A stretch of DNA of 64,000 bases from Promethearchaeia archaeon (GTDB taxonomy: Archaea; Asgardarchaeota; Lokiarchaeia; Sigyniarchaeales; SOKP01). A model generated the notes under the pieces. The model was given only the letters and a program-made list of their open reading frames with translations, searched no databases and had not been told where the DNA came from. The first letter of the stretch is position 1; each line of letters opens with the position of its first letter. Below, piece by piece: positions 59,537-64,000 of the stretch. The position numbers and the translations under genes were made by a program. The stretch lies in NCBI GenBank assembly GCA_029856045.1, contig JAHQWG010000048.1, positions 31,298 to 95,297 of the forward strand. The letters run 5' to 3'.

Positions 59537-60715
59537 TTATTTCGCCACCTCCTCAATCGCTTTTAAAATATCATCTGGATGATGTAAAGTAGCCACTTTA
59601 GGCACTTTTATAATCGGAATATTAAGATCAGTAACTCGTTCGACCTGTTCTGCAATCACTCCAGTATAATTCATTTCTGGAACAATTATAGCTTTAGCAC
59701 CAACAACAACTTTTTTAACTTTTTCTTTTGGAAATGGCCATACAGTAATTAACCTAAAAATTCCAACTTTAATTCCTTTCTTGCGAGCTAAATCCACAGC
59801 CCTATAACTTGCCCGGACGGGGAGACCATATGAAATTATGATAATTTCTGCATCATCCAGTTTATATTCTTCTGTTAAGCTAATTTTATCTATATTATCT
59901 CTGATTTTATCAATCATAATTTTCATAAATCTTAATGAATTTTCTTCTGGCATTAGTACGCCATCTTGGTTATGCGGTAAATGAATGATTAAAGGAGGAC
60001 AGAACTCAGTTCCTACGATATAAGGCTTTGGAATCATTAATTTATGAGTATTAATATCCTCATATGTAAATTTTGCACCCTTGGTATCTTCTGGGATTGT
60101 ACGATCAATAACTCTTTTTAAAATTTCTTCCTTTGGGGGGATATTTACTACTTCATGAATATGTCCCAAATAAGCGTCTGATAAAATGAAAATTGGACAT
60201 CTATACGTTTCCGCATAATTAAACGCCGTTATTGTTAAATCAAATAATTCTTGGCACGACATAGGGGCAAAAGCTATTACTTCAAACTCTCCATTTCCAG
60301 CAAATCTGGTTAAGCCTACATCGTTATGATGTGGAACAGTTACAAATCCTGTGCCCGGACCACAACGTTGAACATCGCAAAAAACAAATGGAATTTCAAT
60401 ATTTGCTGCCATTGAAATAGTTTCTGTCATAAGTGAGAGACCGGGGCCTGATGTAGCAGTCATTGCTTTAGCACCAACTAATGATGCACCCATTACTGCA
60501 TTTATAGATGCTAATTCATCCTCCATTTGCATACAACAACCTCCAACTTCCGGTAATCGTTTTGCAAGATGTTCAATTACTTCTGTACTCGGCGTTATTG
60601 GATATCCTCCAAAAAATTTTAAACCTGATGAGAGAGCTCCTTCAGCCATAGCCACATTGCCCATCATCAAATATTTGCCCGGTTTTAAAAATCTTTTACC
60701 ATTTCCATTACTCAT
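59537..60715 (-). CDS. korA: 2-oxoacid:ferredoxin oxidoreductase alpha subunit
   Basis: GYPITPSTE, MEDE, TATSGPG. Confidence 0.95.
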   Translation of the reverse strand: MSNGNGKRFLKPGKYLMMGNVAMAEGALSSGLKFFGGYPITPSTEVIEHLAKRLPEVGGCCMQMEDELASINAVMGASLVGAKAMTATSGPGLSLMTETISMAANIEIPFVFCDVQRCGPGTGFVTVPHHNDVGLTRFAGNGEFEVIAFAPMSCQELFDLTITAFNYAETYRCPIFILSDAYLGHIHEVVNIPPKEEILKRVIDRTIPEDTKGAKFTYEDINTHKLMIPKPYIVGTEFCPPLIIHLPHNQDGVLMPEENSLRFMKIMIDKIRDNIDKISLTEEYKLDDAEIIIISYGLPVRASYRAVDLARKKGIKVGIFRLITVWPFPKEKVKKVVVGAKAIIVPEMNYTGVIAEQVERVTDLNIPIIKVPKVATLHHPDDILKAIEEVAK

Positions 60716-60730
60716 ATAATATCACCCATT

Positions 60731-61027
60731 CTAAATTTTTACCTCCTCTTTTTTAATTGTAGTTTCATTCTCAATTTCAGTTACAATATATATTGCCCAT
60801 ACAGGACATGCATATTCACATCTTTTACAAGCAGTACAATATTTTTCCTTTCCCTCTTTCACTTTTGGCAAAAAAGCTACACGCATATTCAATTGATCAG
60901 ACATTTCTAATATTCCTGTTGGACAAACTGAAACACAAATTTCGCATCCTTGACATCTATGCTGATTTAACATTAATGAAAATCCTTTTTCTTTATTAAT
61001 TATCAATTTTGGGATTTTTTTCACCAC
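60731..61027 (-). CDS. korD: 2-oxoacid:ferredoxin oxidoreductase delta subunit (2x[4Fe-4S] ferredoxin)
   Basis: Two CxxCxxCxxxCP motifs. Confidence 0.9.
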   Translation of the reverse strand: MVKKIPKLIINKEKGFSLMLNQHRCQGCEICVSVCPTGILEMSDQLNMRVAFLPKVKEGKEKYCTACKRCEYACPVWAIYIVTEIENETTIKKEEVKI

Positions 61028-61283
61028 TTTAATTAAATTTGTTTAAATTGAAATTAAAAATAATACTATTCTTAATTAGATTAGGATAAATTTAATCATT
61101 TCTCTTATTATTTTAAGTAAATAAAACTATAACAAACCATCTAATTATAAAAAAAATAAACAAAGAAAGCCAATTCTTACTTAATCTTTTAATAAATAGT
61201 TAATTTTTTTAAAAAATTGTGTCATTATCTTTCTATTTGTCCCAAAATATATTTAATTGAATTGAAATTAAAAATAATAGAGA

Positions 61284-61703
61284 ATGAAACTTAAAGAAAT
61301 TGAGAATATTTCTAAAGATATTTTTTTAGAAAAAAGTGAGATAATAGCAGCCTATGTTTATGGGTCTTATTTGAAAAGTAAATTTTTTGAGGATATAGAT
61401 CTAGGTTTGTTGGTTAAAGATGGATTTAATCCAGAAGTGTTGTTTGAGGAAAAAATATCTATATTATTTGAGAAAAGACTTAAAGGTAAATTTAAAGCTT
61501 ATAAACCTATTGATATAAGAATATTAAATGGAAAATCTTTAAGATTTCTTTATTCAGTTTTGAAAAATTCAAAACTAATTTTTTCTAGAGATGATTATAA
61601 AAGGATTCAATTTGAAAGTAAAGTTATAAAAGAATATTTAGATATAAAGCCCCATCATGATTTATATGATGCAATGAGGAGATTAAGATATGCAATTAGA
61701 TAA
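61284..61703 (+). CDS. MNT nucleotidyltransferase antitoxin (MntA-like)
   Basis: AYVYGSY...DIDLG...IDIRILN. Confidence 0.9.
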   Translation: MKLKEIENISKDIFLEKSEIIAAYVYGSYLKSKFFEDIDLGLLVKDGFNPEVLFEEKISILFEKRLKGKFKAYKPIDIRILNGKSLRFLYSVLKNSKLIFSRDDYKRIQFESKVIKEYLDIKPHHDLYDAMRRLRYAIR

Positions 61704-62112
61704 GAACTTGATTGAAGGTAAAATTGATATAATAGAAAGAAATCTAGATTTTTTGAAAAAATATAAAGAAATGAATGATGATGACTTTATTAATAGTTAT
61801 AAGGATGTTCAAGCTGTAAAATATTCGTTATTTGAAGTAATAGAAGCATGTATTGATATTACATCTCATATAATATCCGTTAAAGGATTTGAAAGGGCAG
61901 AGAGTTATGCCGAAATGTTTGAAATACTTGGTAAAAAAGAAATTATTAATTCAAAATTGGCTAAAAATTTGTCTGAGATGGCAAAATTCAGAAATATTCT
62001 TGTACATGGCTATGCAAGAGTGGATAACTTCAAGGTGCTTAAATTTATCAAGGAAGAATTAGAGGATATTATATTATTTGTTAAGAAAATATTAGAGTTA
62101 TTTAATAATTAG
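61690..62112 (+). CDS. HEPN (DUF86/HepT-like) toxin
   Basis: EACIDI..HII, FRNILVHGY (Rx4HxY). Overlaps the MNT gene. Confidence 0.92.
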   Translation: MQLDKNLIEGKIDIIERNLDFLKKYKEMNDDDFINSYKDVQAVKYSLFEVIEACIDITSHIISVKGFERAESYAEMFEILGKKEIINSKLAKNLSEMAKFRNILVHGYARVDNFKVLKFIKEELEDIILFVKKILELFNN

Positions 62113-62273
62113 AATTAATAGAATTAATTTTAAAGAAAATTTTATTTGATAATGCAACTAAAGCCTTCCTTTATTTTACACTCGATTTTTTCTATTTAAG
62201 AATCTAATATTAAAAGGTTATTCCAAAAGATTATTAAATAAATTAGACATATCTTATTTTCAAACAATTTTAT

Positions 62274-63206
62274 ATGACGTTAACTGGTTATAATTTGATT
62301 ACAATGTCTAAAAAATTAGAAAAACTTAAAAATGTTATTACCGCTTTAATTACGCCATTTAAGGAAGACTTTTCTCTGGATGAAGAGAAATATCGGGAAT
62401 TTATAAGGTTTCAAGTTGATAATGGTGCAAATATTTTAACTATGGGTACGACGGGGGAGGCGGCAACTCTCTCTCATGATGAACATATTAAAGCAGTAAA
62501 AATTGCCGTTGACGAGGCAAGAAAAACCGGGAAAGACCCCTTTGTGTTAGCTGGAACTGGAAGTAATTCCACAAACGAGGCAATCTCGCTGACAGCCAGA
62601 ACAGAGAAAGCTGGAGCCGATGGAGCATTAATTGTTGTTCCTTATTACAACAAGCCCGTTCAACATTCACTTATTGAACATTATAACACAATTGCCGAGC
62701 AAGTAAAAATTCCCATAATTGTGTATAATGTTCCTGGACGTACGGTTAGGAATATTAATCCCGAAACGGTAGCTACTATTGCAAAGAAGAATGATAATAT
62801 TGTGGGTATAAAATGTGCAAGTGGAAATATTGACCAAATTACCAAGATTTTCAAATTGTGCCCTGATGATTTTATTGTTCTTAGTGGAGATGACCCACTG
62901 ACATTTCACATTATGTCTCTGGGTGGTAAGGGAGTAATTAGTGTCGCATCGAATATAATCCCGTTTAAGATGGTCGAATTTTGCGAAACAATGGAAAAAG
63001 ATCTTTGGAATAATGCAAGAAAACTACAATTACTATATTATAATCTTTTTAAAGTATTATTTGTTGAAACAAATCCAGGTCCGGTAAAATTTGCGGCTGA
63101 ATTGCTCGGTTTAATGAATAAACGTATGAGATTACCTTTAACTCCACCATTAAAAGAAAATGAGGAGAAAATTAAGAAAGTACTCGAAAATTTAAAATTA
63201 TTATAA
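62274..63206 (+). CDS. dapA: 4-hydroxy-tetrahydrodipicolinate synthase
   Basis: GTTGEA, PYYNKP, YNVPGRT, GIK, SGDD, TNPGPVK. The start may be the ATG at 62304. Confidence 0.95.
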   Translation: MTLTGYNLITMSKKLEKLKNVITALITPFKEDFSLDEEKYREFIRFQVDNGANILTMGTTGEAATLSHDEHIKAVKIAVDEARKTGKDPFVLAGTGSNSTNEAISLTARTEKAGADGALIVVPYYNKPVQHSLIEHYNTIAEQVKIPIIVYNVPGRTVRNINPETVATIAKKNDNIVGIKCASGNIDQITKIFKLCPDDFIVLSGDDPLTFHIMSLGGKGVISVASNIIPFKMVEFCETMEKDLWNNARKLQLLYYNLFKVLFVETNPGPVKFAAELLGLMNKRMRLPLTPPLKENEEKIKKVLENLKLL

Positions 63207-63262
63207 AAATATTTTAATTTCAAATAATAATATCAATTTCAGGTAAGGAGATTATATTAAAA

Positions 63263-64000
63263 ATGATAAAGATTTTAATTTTAGGGGCAAATGGCTCCAT
63301 GGGTCAATTAGTTGGTCAGTTAGTGTTAGATGATCCAGAGATTGAATTAATTGGGGCATTTGATATAAATAATATAGGCAAAAATTACTCAAGATTGATA
63401 GGATCCTCCATTATGAAAGATATTTTAGTGGAAGATATTAAAAATTTAGAACCTTTCATAAAATTCAATAAACCAGATATTGCTGTGGATTTTACAACTG
63501 CTGAAGCCACAGAAAACAATTGTTTGATATTAGTAAAAAATGGAATAAGAACTGTTATTGGTACAACAGGCTTATCAGAGAAATTTCTAGAGGAATTTGA
63601 ATCTTTAGTGATTGAGAAAAAGGTTCCCTCAATAATATCTCCAAATATGGCAACAGGAATGAATATCTTTTTTAAAATGGCTTCTATCCTCACATCGTAT
63701 TTAGAAGATTGGGATATTGAAATTATTGAATCTCATCACCATAGAAAACATGATTCACCAAGTGGAACTGCTTTAACTATTGCACATATTATTGCCAATA
63801 CATTAGGAGTTAGATTAGAGGAAGTTGCAAAATATGGACGAGATAAAGGTCCAAATAAAAGAAAACCTGGTGCTAAAAAAGAGATTGGAATTCATGCTAT
63901 CAGAGCAGGAGATATTGTAGGAGAGCACACGATTTTATTTGCAGGGGTCGGAGAAAGAATAGAACTTAAACATATAGCTCATAGCAGGGATGCCCTAGCT
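63263..64000 (+). CDS. dapB: 4-hydroxy-tetrahydrodipicolinate reductase; 3'-truncated by window edge
   Basis: Translated by hand from the ATG at 63263: LGANGSMG, VDFT, IGTTG, SPNMATG, ESHHHRKHDSPSGTA, IRAGDIVGEH. Confidence 0.95.
   Translation, partial: MIKILILGANGSMGQLVGQLVLDDPEIELIGAFDINNIGKNYSRLIGSSIMKDILVEDIKNLEPFIKFNKPDIAVDFTTAEATENNCLILVKNGIRTVIGTTGLSEKFLEEFESLVIEKKVPSIISPNMATGMNIFFKMASILTSYLEDWDIEIIESHHHRKHDSPSGTALTIAHIIANTLGVRLEEVAKYGRDKGPNKRKPGAKKEIGIHAIRAGDIVGEHTILFAGVGERIELKHIAHSRDALA

Noticed and set aside
56206-61027. Selenocysteine or pyrrolysine read-through in redox genes
   Set aside because: The ORFs are complete with Cys motifs. No in-frame TGA/TAG interruptions or SECIS-like hairpins were seen.
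63385-63693. 102-aa minus-strand ORF
   Set aside because: It is antisense to dapB, which the track missed because dapB runs off the window.

Overview
An AT-rich, gene-dense archaeal chromosome segment. It most likely comes from an Asgard archaeon of the Lokiarchaeia/Helarchaeales type, inferred from the ubiquitin E1 and E2, a longin/uDENN-Rab-like GTPase fusion, MIT-, GIFT/IFT52-, HEAT/PCI- and TPR-type proteins, eS30, PDCD5, an IPGY-type Loki-CTERM anchor, GGTGA ribosome-binding sites and BHB-type tRNA introns. It holds about 60 CDSs and three intron-containing tRNAs (Tyr, Trp with two introns, Pro). It also carries a stand-alone TnpB element, three toxin-antitoxin pairs, and a 2-oxoacid:ferredoxin oxidoreductase operon ending in an FrhB-PyrK fusion gene. 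No CRISPR array or rRNA was seen. Most notable observations: (i) at least three genes seem to need ATT/ATC start codons; (ii) the TnpB has a Fanzor-type rearranged RuvC-II site; (iii) an uncharacterised B12-binding enzyme is paired with an opine dehydrogenase; (iv) the FrhB-PyrK fusion may be an electron-branching module; (v) a VapC gene overlaps a double-intron tRNA-Trp; (vi) a fold-back transcript hides the RBS of a 21-aa ORF. All family assignments were made by eye from motifs; no database searches were run.
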